A stretch of DNA of 29,713 nucleotides from IMG/VR virus record IMGVR_UViG_3300017717_000046, positions 1 through 29,713 of that record. One strand, given 5' to 3'. A program made the position numbers and the translations under genes. Every line of letters begins with the position of its first letter. Within the stretch, counting starts at the first letter, position 1. Source of the DNA: a virus. Lineage: Duplodnaviria > Caudoviricetes. Shown here in pieces: positions 17,076 through 26,833 of the stretch. The notes beneath the pieces are model-generated. The model was not told the origin of the DNA. It searched no databases and saw nothing but the letters and a program-made list of their open reading frames with translations.

Positions 17076-19958
17076 ATGGCAACTAAGAAAAACCCACTTT
17101 CTGCTCTTCTCAGGACCGACGATAGACAGCAAGCTCAAGAAATGCAGCGGGAGCACGTTCTTCGTTCTTCTGTTCGTCAAGCAGGGACTTATGGAGTTGG
17201 CGTGCAAAGGCCTCTTCCAATCTCTCAGACCAGTCTAGGTAGGTTGTCTAATTCGTTAGGAACAGTAAGCGGCATCTTGGGTCAGTTCAGCGCTTACCAA
17301 GCGCAGAAAGAACAAGCCGAGCTAAAAGGTGACAGCTTACAGAGCAAGCTTAACCTACAGGAAATAGCAAGTAAAGACGCTGACCTTAATCTTAAGGGCG
17401 CTATGATTCAAGGAGACATTCTTGATGAAACCGTCAAGCAACAGTCCATAGTGCTAGACGAAGCTCAGACTCGCCGGGAAGACGCGGAGTGGGACTACAT
17501 GTTGTCTCAATCAAACGACGAGCAAGTTGAAAAGATGATTCAGGAGGCGAACGACCAAGTCCGACGCCAAAAAGCCATAGTGGCCAAAGCGGAGCTTGGT
17601 GTTGAACAAGCTAACCCCGGAGAGCACACCGAATCTCCTTTATACGGGCAACGAGCTTTGCGTCTCCTCGGAGCTACCTATGCGGAAGAGTATGATGAGT
17701 ATCACAGACAGCAGACCAAAGAACTCATAGAGAGCTTAGCGGACAACCCCAACGGCTCTAACCTGTCTCGCGAAGAGGCGACTGACCTAGCACAGAAAAC
17801 CTTGCGTGATTTCATGCTGTTGAAAAAGCTCGACCCTGAAGGTGAGGTTGGTAAAGGGTTTATTCAAGCTACAGACCGCTTAAGGGCCGCTAAGAATCCT
17901 ATACTAGCAAGTGCGCTTATGGATGAATCAGAGACTCTCAACACGCAGAACATGATTGGAGCCATGAAAGCTGCTGCTGAGTTGGGTCCCGTTGATGGAA
18001 ACTACGGTCAAGGCTTGATAAGCGAGGCTCCGTGGTTTGCACAACTTTCGGGTATGTCTCAAGCAAAGGCTCAGGCAGTGTTGTTTGGAACTCAAGGTGA
18101 CCCTGCTCGCGGAATCCCATCAACTCCCGGTCTTTATGGAATGATGGCTCGCACACATGATGGAGCTGTTAAGTTCCAAGCGTTCTTCGATGAGTTGACT
18201 GATGAACTTCACATCAACAATAGACCATTCAAAGAGCTTCCTGAGTTTGATTCTCTTCAGGCTCAAGTTGAGGAAGCGGTTGAGAAGACGGCTTTCGAGG
18301 AGGTGAAAAAGAAAAACGATGTTTTCTCCGTAGCTTGGGAAGAGACAGCAGATAAACTACCTAAATTAAGTTCAAGTATGTCTCCTGAAAAAATAGCAAT
18401 AGCAACAGCGAACCTCATAGACATAAACGACACTCCTACCCAACTCAGAGATAAACTAAATAGGCGTTTTCCTCTACTGGCTGAACAAATAGCACAAATT
18501 TCAGATGATAAACTGTCTACATACGCCTTCGACTTAGTGACTAATATTAAGGGAGGTGGAGACACGTTAGATGCGGTGACTGATACTCTGTTGGCACAAG
18601 CAGTTCCACACCTACAAAGGGCCGACAGACGGGGAGGACTTATGTTAATGGTGCAGGACATCAGCTCAGAGTTTGCAACGACTCCGGGTCAGTATTCAGG
18701 AGTCGCTGGTTTACTTGATTCTTACCTTGGAGGGCTTACGGTAAACGAAAGGCAAAGAACAGAAGGTCTGACGGACGCCGGGGGCGGGTTCATGGTGGGC
18801 GAGATAGACGACCTAACAAACGGTGCTGTTACTCGATACACAAGGGACCTGAATAACTTAAACCAAGAAGTCTTAAACTCGCTACCAGAAGGTTTCACAA
18901 GTGTAGAGTTCACCAAAGTTTACAGAGAACGCTTTAAGGAGCTGAACACAAACTTTAAAGATGAACTCAAAAAGTCCTTTACTAAACACGCTAAAATAAA
19001 CACAGATTACGCAAAGGAGTTGGGTGGAGAATACGATAAAAGAAAAGGACTTGTGCGTTTAGTTCCTCCATCAGACATACAAACCATAGTAAAGAACCAT
19101 CCTAATAAGACCGTCGATGAGATTGAGAAGATAGCCATAACTCAAGGAGAGGTAAAAGAAGCCCCCGGTTCGACTTTAAGAAAAGCTTTCGGTGGCAGTC
19201 CTCAAGAAGCAAAAGCAATCAATGAGGTGTATGTAAACTCCAAAAAGAGAGGTAAGGAAGGAATGGAACAATACACTGAAAAAGAAGGAGAATTCTATAA
19301 AGGGATTGAACGCTTATCATCACGCTTAGCGATGGCTGGGACCACTTACTGGATGGAAGATATAGTAAAAAGTTATGATGCTTTGTTTGACGAGATGAAC
19401 AAGGCAGCAGCAGATAACTATTCAGTTTCAGTCAGCACAGAAAAGATAAAAGAGTTATGCGAAGGGAGAGTGAATGCGTATTACTCAAGCACGGCGGTGT
19501 CAGACAAGGTAAATGAGTCTAGTCCAAGCGGTAAAAAAGGTATTTTTATCGTTAAGATGGGGGATGATTTTCTAAATTTGAAACGAGCGGAGGCCGGAGA
19601 ACCGGGATTTTACGGTGACCACCCGATTGTGGAAGCCGTTGGGAAATTATTGGGAAAGGGGCAGACCTACGGAGGAGGGGAGTTGACTACCCATGCGAAT
19701 TGGAAAGACACGAGGCGAGATGTAGTTCTTGGTCATAGATTCTTTAGGGATAACCAAACGCCCGTCACAGGACTAGCCTTTGGCAGCGCAGAACCAACCG
19801 CCACGGACGTCGAAAAGATAAGCAAAGCATCAGGATGGACTACAGAGGACATGGCGCGGGTAACTAATGCGTTTGGTTATACCGACTCACTGAGTTTTAT
19901 TAAGTCTCAGTATAACAACGCCTACTACTCCAACCAAAGAAAAGCCAAGACTAAGTAA
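17076..19958 (+). CDS. Internal virion protein C (gp15-like)
   Basis: 960 aa, mostly helical; assigned by position between the gp14-like and gp16-like genes, with no diagnostic motif. Confidence 0.65.
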   Translation: MATKKNPLSALLRTDDRQQAQEMQREHVLRSSVRQAGTYGVGVQRPLPISQTSLGRLSNSLGTVSGILGQFSAYQAQKEQAELKGDSLQSKLNLQEIASKDADLNLKGAMIQGDILDETVKQQSIVLDEAQTRREDAEWDYMLSQSNDEQVEKMIQEANDQVRRQKAIVAKAELGVEQANPGEHTESPLYGQRALRLLGATYAEEYDEYHRQQTKELIESLADNPNGSNLSREEATDLAQKTLRDFMLLKKLDPEGEVGKGFIQATDRLRAAKNPILASALMDESETLNTQNMIGAMKAAAELGPVDGNYGQGLISEAPWFAQLSGMSQAKAQAVLFGTQGDPARGIPSTPGLYGMMARTHDGAVKFQAFFDELTDELHINNRPFKELPEFDSLQAQVEEAVEKTAFEEVKKKNDVFSVAWEETADKLPKLSSSMSPEKIAIATANLIDINDTPTQLRDKLNRRFPLLAEQIAQISDDKLSTYAFDLVTNIKGGGDTLDAVTDTLLAQAVPHLQRADRRGGLMLMVQDISSEFATTPGQYSGVAGLLDSYLGGLTVNERQRTEGLTDAGGGFMVGEIDDLTNGAVTRYTRDLNNLNQEVLNSLPEGFTSVEFTKVYRERFKELNTNFKDELKKSFTKHAKINTDYAKELGGEYDKRKGLVRLVPPSDIQTIVKNHPNKTVDEIEKIAITQGEVKEAPGSTLRKAFGGSPQEAKAINEVYVNSKKRGKEGMEQYTEKEGEFYKGIERLSSRLAMAGTTYWMEDIVKSYDALFDEMNKAAADNYSVSVSTEKIKELCEGRVNAYYSSTAVSDKVNESSPSGKKGIFIVKMGDDFLNLKRAEAGEPGFYGDHPIVEAVGKLLGKGQTYGGGELTTHANWKDTRRDVVLGHRFFRDNQTPVTGLAFGSAEPTATDVEKISKASGWTTEDMARVTNAFGYTDSLSFIKSQYNNAYYSNQRKAKTK

Positions 19959-19976
19959 ACACTTAATTAAGCGAAC

Positions 19977-22900
19977 ATGACTGATAAATTAGATTCATTC
20001 GACAGAGCAACCCTACAAGGGGACTCGTTTGACCAATTACAACAACAGAGCCAGACTGGGCAATTACAGGAGGGAGGACCGCAAGCACCTATTCAAGAAG
20101 AGGTTCAACCACCATCGCAAGAGGAGCAAATAGAGCTTGAGCAACCAGTAGAACAGCCTCTTTTTAGCGAGAATAAAGACAAGCCCCAAAAGCCCCAAGA
20201 AGAGGCGGAGCCCCAAGAAAAAGATTTTACGGTGGGAGACTACGCTGAAGAAATCGCAATGTCTATACCGCGTGGTGTAGAAGGAGCAGTAGAAGGCGTC
20301 TGGAATTTCTTTGATTACGTCAGCGGGGACCGACTGTGGGATTTTTACGACAGAAAGAAAGACTCATGGTTAGGAAGACCGGAGACAGGCGTAGGGAAAG
20401 TTGGCGAATCTATTATTCAATTTGCTACTGGGTTTATCCCCGGCGTAAAAGTGGCGTCTTGGATAGGGAAGGCTTCTAAGTTAAAGGGAACAGCGGCAAC
20501 ATTGTCTAAAAGCAAAGAAGCCATTAAGAGTTTCTCTAAGAACCAACTCAGCCTCTCTGCTAAATCAATGAAGAACTTGAGCAGACTAAAATCTGCTACA
20601 AAGACTAACGTGAAGTTCGCCACGGGTGGTGCTATTGCTGAGTTCTTCGTTTTCAAAGGGGAGGAGCAACGTCTTGCAAACTTACTGGCTACACATGAAA
20701 GCGGAGGAGGACCTGTTCAGGATGTTATCAATTGGTTGGCCTACGACCCTGACGACGAAAACAGCAACCAGCTAATCGAGCGTGGTAAGTTTGCTTTAGA
20801 GGGTCTTGTTGTTGGTCAGGTTCTTGGTCTCGGCCTTCTCGGCATAGGTAAAGGGTATAGAGCTGTAAGGCCCAAGAGGGAGGCGGTTGAAGTGACATCT
20901 AAATCAGCCATTAAAGCCCCGGAACAAGGGGAGGCTGTCAGCGGGTTGCAGAAGATATTCGGCGTCTTTGCGCGTAAAAACGCAAACATAAAACAACAAC
21001 TGAAGGAAGGAGGAGAAGTTGACGAATTCAAAGCACTTAACGACGCTCTGAATGACCCAGAGCTTCAAGTAACGCCTAACGAGGCATTAGCTTTGAGGGA
21101 ATCAGCTCACCGAAACAACGACCTTAGAAACGCAACAGATTGGGAGGAGCAAACTGGAGAAGCTCTTAGTGGTAGTCCACGGCCTCGGGGTGTTGAGGAG
21201 GCTATCCGCGACACGCTGGATACTATGCCATCCGCTAGAAAAGTGACGGACGCAGAACTCGAAAAGGGTTTGAAGGCTGACATGGAAGCAGGAAAAGAGT
21301 TAGGGGATTTAACTCGCGAGCATTCTCCTCATGGTGGGAAATTTTTCAAAGGGAAAGAGGCTGAACAGGCTAGGGCAGAGAACGCGGCGAGTCGCCTTTT
21401 CGGTCTTCCTGAAGGTTCACTGACCCATGTAAGGACGGGTAATTCGCTCGTCTTCTTTAATAAAGCGAACCAGAGTTTTTACAAGTTTCACACTGCTGAT
21501 ACTGTGGAGGCATTAGGAAAGCAAGCCGAAGAGTTGAAAAAAATTAGGGAAGCAAATCCTGACCTTGTCTCAGATACTGTATTTATTCCGCTTCGTGATG
21601 AGGCGGGTAATGTCATAGCCTACGGGAGTAAACAAAGACCCGCTGGTGTTGAGGTCAGTCAAATCGTGGGAAAGACCGATAAAGATAAAAAGCTATTACT
21701 AGAACTCCTAGAAAGCAATCCACTTTATGTAAAAAGACTAGTGGAGACAGATATTGGAGGGAAAAACATTGGAGCAGTTTTAGATAAAGACGGAATGGTT
21801 AAAGTGGAAGCTTTTGATTTTGACGGTCTTGAAGCGTTTAACTTAAGTAAGGCTGAGCTAGATGAACTAAAAAACGCAAAGGTCGCTAGAGTTCCTCTTA
21901 AGTCTTTTTCCGAATCAGCGCAAAGAAGCATCAAGAAAGGAAACGAAGGACGCACACGCGTCATCAAATCCGACAACGACATTGACCTTAAAGGCGACCC
22001 CTTCCCGACGCAAACCAAAGCAGAGAGAGCCGCCTCGCGAGCCATGCGGGAAAATGTAAGAAAAAGTTGGCAAGCTAAAAAAGAAGCCGCAAGAAAATTA
22101 AACCCCGATAAAGCTACCGAAAAACAACTCGATGAATGGTTATTGAACCGAGGTGTGACAGGAGCTAATTCTACTCTTGAAACTAAGCGAGCCATTGCTA
22201 AGGACATGATGAACGAGTCTAAGGCAGGCGGAAAAGAGCACCTAATAGAAACCATCGAGGAGCACATAACCAAGACAGTTAAAGACGCAGGGTTGTATGA
22301 CAAAACTAACCCTCGCGCAATGGCTAGCGCTGTTAGGGTTATAAATAGTGTTCCTGAAATGCGCGGTTTTCTTATGCACGCGTCTAAGGTTACTATGAAG
22401 GCCAGTAAACAAGGCAAAAAGCAAGGTAAAATGAGCCAAGAGGCTCAAGAAAAGTTTTACGAGGAAACAAGCAAAATTGCAAAGCGTGGTTATGAGGCAG
22501 CAGGAGGTAAAGGAGAACTAGACTTATCCGTATTCCGAGGTCGAACTAAGGACTTGGAGCTTTTCAGAAGCGAAGTTGAAACGCTCTACCACGCCTTGAA
22601 CGGCGTCGCAAAAGACTTAAAGGATAAAGTAGCAAACGCCGAGTATGCATTAAAAAACGGAACTGCCAAAGCGCAGACCCAGAAAGGAGCGACCGTCTTA
22701 AACAAAGACGAGACGATGACGGAGGTTTTCTCAGCCATGGACCGCTGGACAGCTCTTCAAGAAATCTGGGCTGACTTTGGAACTCAGTTGTCGCTTGGAA
22801 TGAGACAACGTAATGACCTATACCTTACAGGGCAAAGCGCTCTAGGTAGGGACATAGCCGGGCAGCACAGGACTCTAGGAGTAGCTTTGGAGGACGCCAT

Positions 22901-25262
22901 GAAGAAACAAGGCGAGATTTACCGGCGACAGAACAGGGGTAATCTCAGCGACAAAAGAATTATCAAAGACCTTCAAAAGTTGTTTAAGAACTCAGGAGAG
23001 GTATTAGACATGAACCAAATGGCTAAGGACTTTAACCAAATAGGCGTCAATAGAGGTTTATCTCGGTGGACGTTATCAGGTAGAAAAGGTCTCGCTGTTT
23101 CTCAGGAATGGTATTACAACGCTATTCTAGGCTCCCCTACTTCTTGGGCTGTTAACTTTTTAGGTGGAGCGCTCGTTCTTCCCTTACGCCACATTGAGTC
23201 AATCGCAGGTGGCGTTATGACAGGTAACGTCAAGTTAGTTAAGGCTAACTTCAGGGCTATGTTTGATGTCCAGAGTTTCAAAGACTCTGTTAAATACGCG
23301 TGGAAGTCAGGAATTGATGATGAAGCCCGGTCAATCACCGGATTCACTGCATTCAGGGACGACCGTATGCTAAAAAAAGGAGGAGAGATTAGAGTAGATA
23401 ACCCTGACGGAACCCTTCTTCGTTCCGCTTTCAACTTCATCGGACACGTCGTTAGGCATCCTACTCGCGCAATGATGATGGGTGATGAGTTCTTCAAACA
23501 GATGAGCTACCGAGCGCGTATCAAGACGTCTCTTGCTTTAGACGGATACCAAAAAGGTCTTCACAGACAACCCGGTAAACTAGCGGAACACATTGAGAAC
23601 GGATTCAATACTACTATTACTGCAAAGGGTCGTTTTCGTAATGAGGAAAACATAAGGCGCGAAGCAGTGGAGGCTCTTGTCGCAGCTCGTAAGGCTGGAG
23701 AAGACATCACTGACGAGAGGAAGTTCATCAATGGTTACATGAAAGACCACTACGATACGAATAAACTCAAACGGGTAAAAGATGTTGTATATGACGACAG
23801 CATCGGGTTTTCCCAAAGAGAGGCGCTGGTCGAAGCGGGTAAAGATTGGGCTCTTGTAAACACCTTCACTAACGAAGTTACTAATACATTCTTTAAGAGG
23901 ACCGGAGAAATGGCGCAAATGAGCCCTTGGATGGGTTTTGTTATTCCGTTCGTTAGGACACCTTCAAACATTCTTTTGTTCGCCTTGGGTCGCAGTATAC
24001 CAAGGCCGATTAAACTGGTCAAAGAGATGGCAAACGTGCGTAGGACGAAGAAAGACTTTGAAGCTTTTGACGCGAAAACCTTTGCTGATGATGCCGCAAA
24101 AAAAGCAGATTTTGGCGAGATGAGGCAAGCCCGAGAAAATGCTCAAAAGTATTTGAACCTCATTCAAAACGAGAGCGGTATTAAATCAGCCGAAGCTGTT
24201 GGGCGCTTATCTACAGGTATCTTGTCTACAGGAGCTTTACTCATGAACATAGAAGCCCTTGGAGAGCGAATCACAGGTTCTCCTCCAGAGGACCCCGGTA
24301 AACGCGCAGCTTGGGCTGCTACAGGTAAGATACCATTCGCTGTTAAGTGGGGCGACAAATGGCACAGCTACCAACGTCTCGACCCGTTTGCTACTACTCT
24401 TGGTATGATGGCGGATATTTCAAAAGGCTTTTCCGACATGAGAGATACAGGAGTTAGCGAGTTTGGGGACGAGGAAGAGTTTGAGGAAAAGAAGAACGAG
24501 TTCTTTCAAGTCGTTTCTATTATTGCAACGTCTATTGCTGATAACACGATGAAGAAATCCTATATCGAGAACTTAGGTGAGCTTCTGGACGTAATGGAGA
24601 AGCCAGCCGAATCCTTTGAAAACGTGGCCGGAAACATCTTAGGTGGTTTCGTTCCTAACGGACTAAACTGGTCCCAGAACGTCTTTGAAGAAGAACCTGC
24701 TATCTTAGAAGCTAGAGGCTTGTTGGATAAGATGCGTAAGCGTCTACCCGAGTCTATGCGACCCGGAGGAAAAATCATGCCACAGCGTAACGCCTTTGGT
24801 GAAATACGCAGAAAAAGCAAGGACAACACCGGGTCGCTTATGCAGGGAATCAACCCTCTTTTCTCTTCTGAAATCTCAAACGACATTGTTGATATTGAGA
24901 TTGAACACCAAGCGGTTGGGCGTAAACCTATGGGAGACGTGCGTAACATCGCTGGAAACCGTCTTAGTTATAGGGACTACAGAAACGATAAGGACCAAAC
25001 TGCTTACGACCGTATGCAGGAACTTTCAGGAACCATTAAGCTTGGCCCTTCTCAGATAACGCTTCGTCAAAAATTGAGGAGGCTAATTGAATCTAACTCT
25101 TACCAGCGTCTTCCTCCAATCACTGAAAAAAACAAACATAGAGACCACCCGAGGTCTAAAGCAATTACCAAAGTAATTAACTCATACAGAGCAGAGGCTA
25201 GACGCCAAACCCACAGAGAGTTCAAAGAACTTAGAGCTGACTTAGCTAACCTATTAAGATAA
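19977..25262 (+). CDS. Large internal virion protein D (gp16-like) with an embedded kinase-like domain
   Basis: 1761 aa before the tail fibre. C-terminal half has P.R.....DEFFK, IPFVRTP.N and SY.RLDP motifs typical of large ejection proteins; kinase-like motifs at aa ~485-620. Confidence 0.8.
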   Translation: MTDKLDSFDRATLQGDSFDQLQQQSQTGQLQEGGPQAPIQEEVQPPSQEEQIELEQPVEQPLFSENKDKPQKPQEEAEPQEKDFTVGDYAEEIAMSIPRGVEGAVEGVWNFFDYVSGDRLWDFYDRKKDSWLGRPETGVGKVGESIIQFATGFIPGVKVASWIGKASKLKGTAATLSKSKEAIKSFSKNQLSLSAKSMKNLSRLKSATKTNVKFATGGAIAEFFVFKGEEQRLANLLATHESGGGPVQDVINWLAYDPDDENSNQLIERGKFALEGLVVGQVLGLGLLGIGKGYRAVRPKREAVEVTSKSAIKAPEQGEAVSGLQKIFGVFARKNANIKQQLKEGGEVDEFKALNDALNDPELQVTPNEALALRESAHRNNDLRNATDWEEQTGEALSGSPRPRGVEEAIRDTLDTMPSARKVTDAELEKGLKADMEAGKELGDLTREHSPHGGKFFKGKEAEQARAENAASRLFGLPEGSLTHVRTGNSLVFFNKANQSFYKFHTADTVEALGKQAEELKKIREANPDLVSDTVFIPLRDEAGNVIAYGSKQRPAGVEVSQIVGKTDKDKKLLLELLESNPLYVKRLVETDIGGKNIGAVLDKDGMVKVEAFDFDGLEAFNLSKAELDELKNAKVARVPLKSFSESAQRSIKKGNEGRTRVIKSDNDIDLKGDPFPTQTKAERAASRAMRENVRKSWQAKKEAARKLNPDKATEKQLDEWLLNRGVTGANSTLETKRAIAKDMMNESKAGGKEHLIETIEEHITKTVKDAGLYDKTNPRAMASAVRVINSVPEMRGFLMHASKVTMKASKQGKKQGKMSQEAQEKFYEETSKIAKRGYEAAGGKGELDLSVFRGRTKDLELFRSEVETLYHALNGVAKDLKDKVANAEYALKNGTAKAQTQKGATVLNKDETMTEVFSAMDRWTALQEIWADFGTQLSLGMRQRNDLYLTGQSALGRDIAGQHRTLGVALEDAMKKQGEIYRRQNRGNLSDKRIIKDLQKLFKNSGEVLDMNQMAKDFNQIGVNRGLSRWTLSGRKGLAVSQEWYYNAILGSPTSWAVNFLGGALVLPLRHIESIAGGVMTGNVKLVKANFRAMFDVQSFKDSVKYAWKSGIDDEARSITGFTAFRDDRMLKKGGEIRVDNPDGTLLRSAFNFIGHVVRHPTRAMMMGDEFFKQMSYRARIKTSLALDGYQKGLHRQPGKLAEHIENGFNTTITAKGRFRNEENIRREAVEALVAARKAGEDITDERKFINGYMKDHYDTNKLKRVKDVVYDDSIGFSQREALVEAGKDWALVNTFTNEVTNTFFKRTGEMAQMSPWMGFVIPFVRTPSNILLFALGRSIPRPIKLVKEMANVRRTKKDFEAFDAKTFADDAAKKADFGEMRQARENAQKYLNLIQNESGIKSAEAVGRLSTGILSTGALLMNIEALGERITGSPPEDPGKRAAWAATGKIPFAVKWGDKWHSYQRLDPFATTLGMMADISKGFSDMRDTGVSEFGDEEEFEEKKNEFFQVVSIIATSIADNTMKKSYIENLGELLDVMEKPAESFENVAGNILGGFVPNGLNWSQNVFEEEPAILEARGLLDKMRKRLPESMRPGGKIMPQRNAFGEIRRKSKDNTGSLMQGINPLFSSEISNDIVDIEIEHQAVGRKPMGDVRNIAGNRLSYRDYRNDKDQTAYDRMQELSGTIKLGPSQITLRQKLRRLIESNSYQRLPPITEKNKHRDHPRSKAITKVINSYRAEARRQTHREFKELRADLANLLR

Positions 25263-25268
25263 AATACC

Positions 25269-26462
25269 ATGCCATATTCATATACTACAATAACCCTGCA
25301 AGGCTTAGGTGCTTCCACAGGAATTAACGGATGGGACCAAAAAGTTTTCGGTCCGTTTGATTTTGATTACATCGCTACTGATGACATCAAGTTAATCTTC
25401 AAAGAAGACGGTGACTACCAGTCGATAGCTATCGCTAGTGTAGACCCAGTGACCAAGCTGGTAACTATTGTTGGTGATAACTTACCTTTTAATATGTCTC
25501 CTGCGGTTGTCTCTGGAGGCACAGAAATTACAAGCGGCACAGCGCGAATCTACAGGTCAACCTCACTCAATCCCATCGTTGACTTCCAGTCTGGCTCTCG
25601 TATCTCCGAGTCTGACTTGGACACTGCTTACAGACAGGCGTTGTTTGCTTCTCAGGAAGCTGTTGAAGACGCATCAGCAAGCGGAACAAGGACACTCCAA
25701 GCTACTGATGACATTGTAGATGGCGCGGTTACACCCCTTAAGTTGGCTTCCAACGCAGTCGAGACCGCTAAAATCAAAGATTATAACGTTACAGTGGGTA
25801 AGCTGGAAGAAGACCTTGACCTAAGTAATAATTACGTCATCCTTCCAAACGACGCGGTAACCACGACTAAGATTTTAGACGCTAATGTAACCTTTCCCAA
25901 GCTTGGTGATGTCATTGATGACAACACAATGGCTACGGCTGGAGCTACTAACGTGGCTACGTCAGCTAGTATTAAGGCTTACGTAGACAGCAATAGAGCA
26001 GCTAATATCGTTCAGGGTTTTAAGACTGATATTTTTACGATTCTCGACCCGCAAAATGCATGGTATGACATTCCTGACCTTAGTGTTCAAATTACACCTA
26101 AATTTTCAAATTCTAAAATACTGATTTCTTCAAGCGTATCCTCCAGCACTAATCATACAGCCTTCGGTTGTGTGTTTAGGTATGTAAGGGACAACACTCC
26201 TATTGCGCTAGGAGACCAAAGAAGCAATAGAACTAGCTGCACTTTCGCGGGAGGCTACTCTGGTGGCAGTGCCCTCCAAACTTCTGGTATGGATTATCTC
26301 GATGACTCATCCCTGACTGCTGGCGTCGCAGTCACCTATAAAATTCAGGTGACATGTGAAACCACGGTGGATGTTTATATTAACAGGACATACGTTAACG
26401 GTGATGCCAGCAGTGCTCTGAGTGGGGTATCAACGCTAACCGTAACCGAAGTCTACCAATAA
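25269..26462 (+). CDS. Tail fibre protein (T7 gp17-like N-terminal adaptor)
   Basis: F.F.Y....D, IYR.T....VDF..GS...E.DL......L...QE adaptor motif; AVT..KI-type repeats; C-terminal LSV.ITP..S.SKILI beta domain. Confidence 0.85.
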   Translation: MPYSYTTITLQGLGASTGINGWDQKVFGPFDFDYIATDDIKLIFKEDGDYQSIAIASVDPVTKLVTIVGDNLPFNMSPAVVSGGTEITSGTARIYRSTSLNPIVDFQSGSRISESDLDTAYRQALFASQEAVEDASASGTRTLQATDDIVDGAVTPLKLASNAVETAKIKDYNVTVGKLEEDLDLSNNYVILPNDAVTTTKILDANVTFPKLGDVIDDNTMATAGATNVATSASIKAYVDSNRAANIVQGFKTDIFTILDPQNAWYDIPDLSVQITPKFSNSKILISSSVSSSTNHTAFGCVFRYVRDNTPIALGDQRSNRTSCTFAGGYSGGSALQTSGMDYLDDSSLTAGVAVTYKIQVTCETTVDVYINRTYVNGDASSALSGVSTLTVTEVYQ

Positions 26463-26468
26463 TGCGTC

Positions 26469-26624
26469 ATGGACTCCACCCACACCCCAGCAGCAGTAGG
26501 CATCGTAGGAATGTTAGGAACCTTTACGCTATCGGACATCAACGCTCTCGTTGGTATCGGGGTAGGCTTACTGAGCTTACTTTATTTACTCATTAGAATT
26601 CTCAAGGAATGCAAGACGAAGTAG
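26469..26624 (+). CDS. Putative class II holin (gp17.5 position, 51 aa, not in ORF track)
   Basis: Hand translation MDSTHTPAAVGIVGMLGTFTLSDINALVGIGVGLLSLLYLLIRILKECKTK: two hydrophobic segments and a basic tail, between tail fibre and TerS. Confidence 0.72.
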   Translation: MDSTHTPAAVGIVGMLGTFTLSDINALVGIGVGLLSLLYLLIRILKECKTK

Positions 26625-26833
26625 AAACCCAAGAAGACAAACTCAACGCCCTCCAAGGGCTGCTTATTGACGAGTTTACCGCACGTATCAAGTCAGGCGA
26701 GGCTGCACCAAGCGACCTCAACGCTGCTAGGCAGTTACTGAAGGACAACGGCATTCACGCCGGGTTATCCAAAGGCAACCCTCTGGAGCAACTGGCAGAA
26801 ATCTTACCCTTTGACGCAGCATCCAATGGCTAG
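26609..26833 (+). CDS. terS: Terminase small subunit (T7 gp18-like)
   Basis: I.SGEA...DLNAARQLLKDNGI and terminal LPF motifs; upstream of TerL. Confidence 0.88.
   Translation: MQDEVETQEDKLNALQGLLIDEFTARIKSGEAAPSDLNAARQLLKDNGIHAGLSKGNPLEQLAEILPFDAASNG

Noticed and set aside
17064-17080. TAATACACTATGG and related ACACTATG sites (4863, 5645) resembling T7/SP6 promoter cores
   Set aside because: The ATG is the start codon in each case and upstream bases are not conserved. They are better explained as translation-initiation context; no repeated ~20-bp phage promoter was found.
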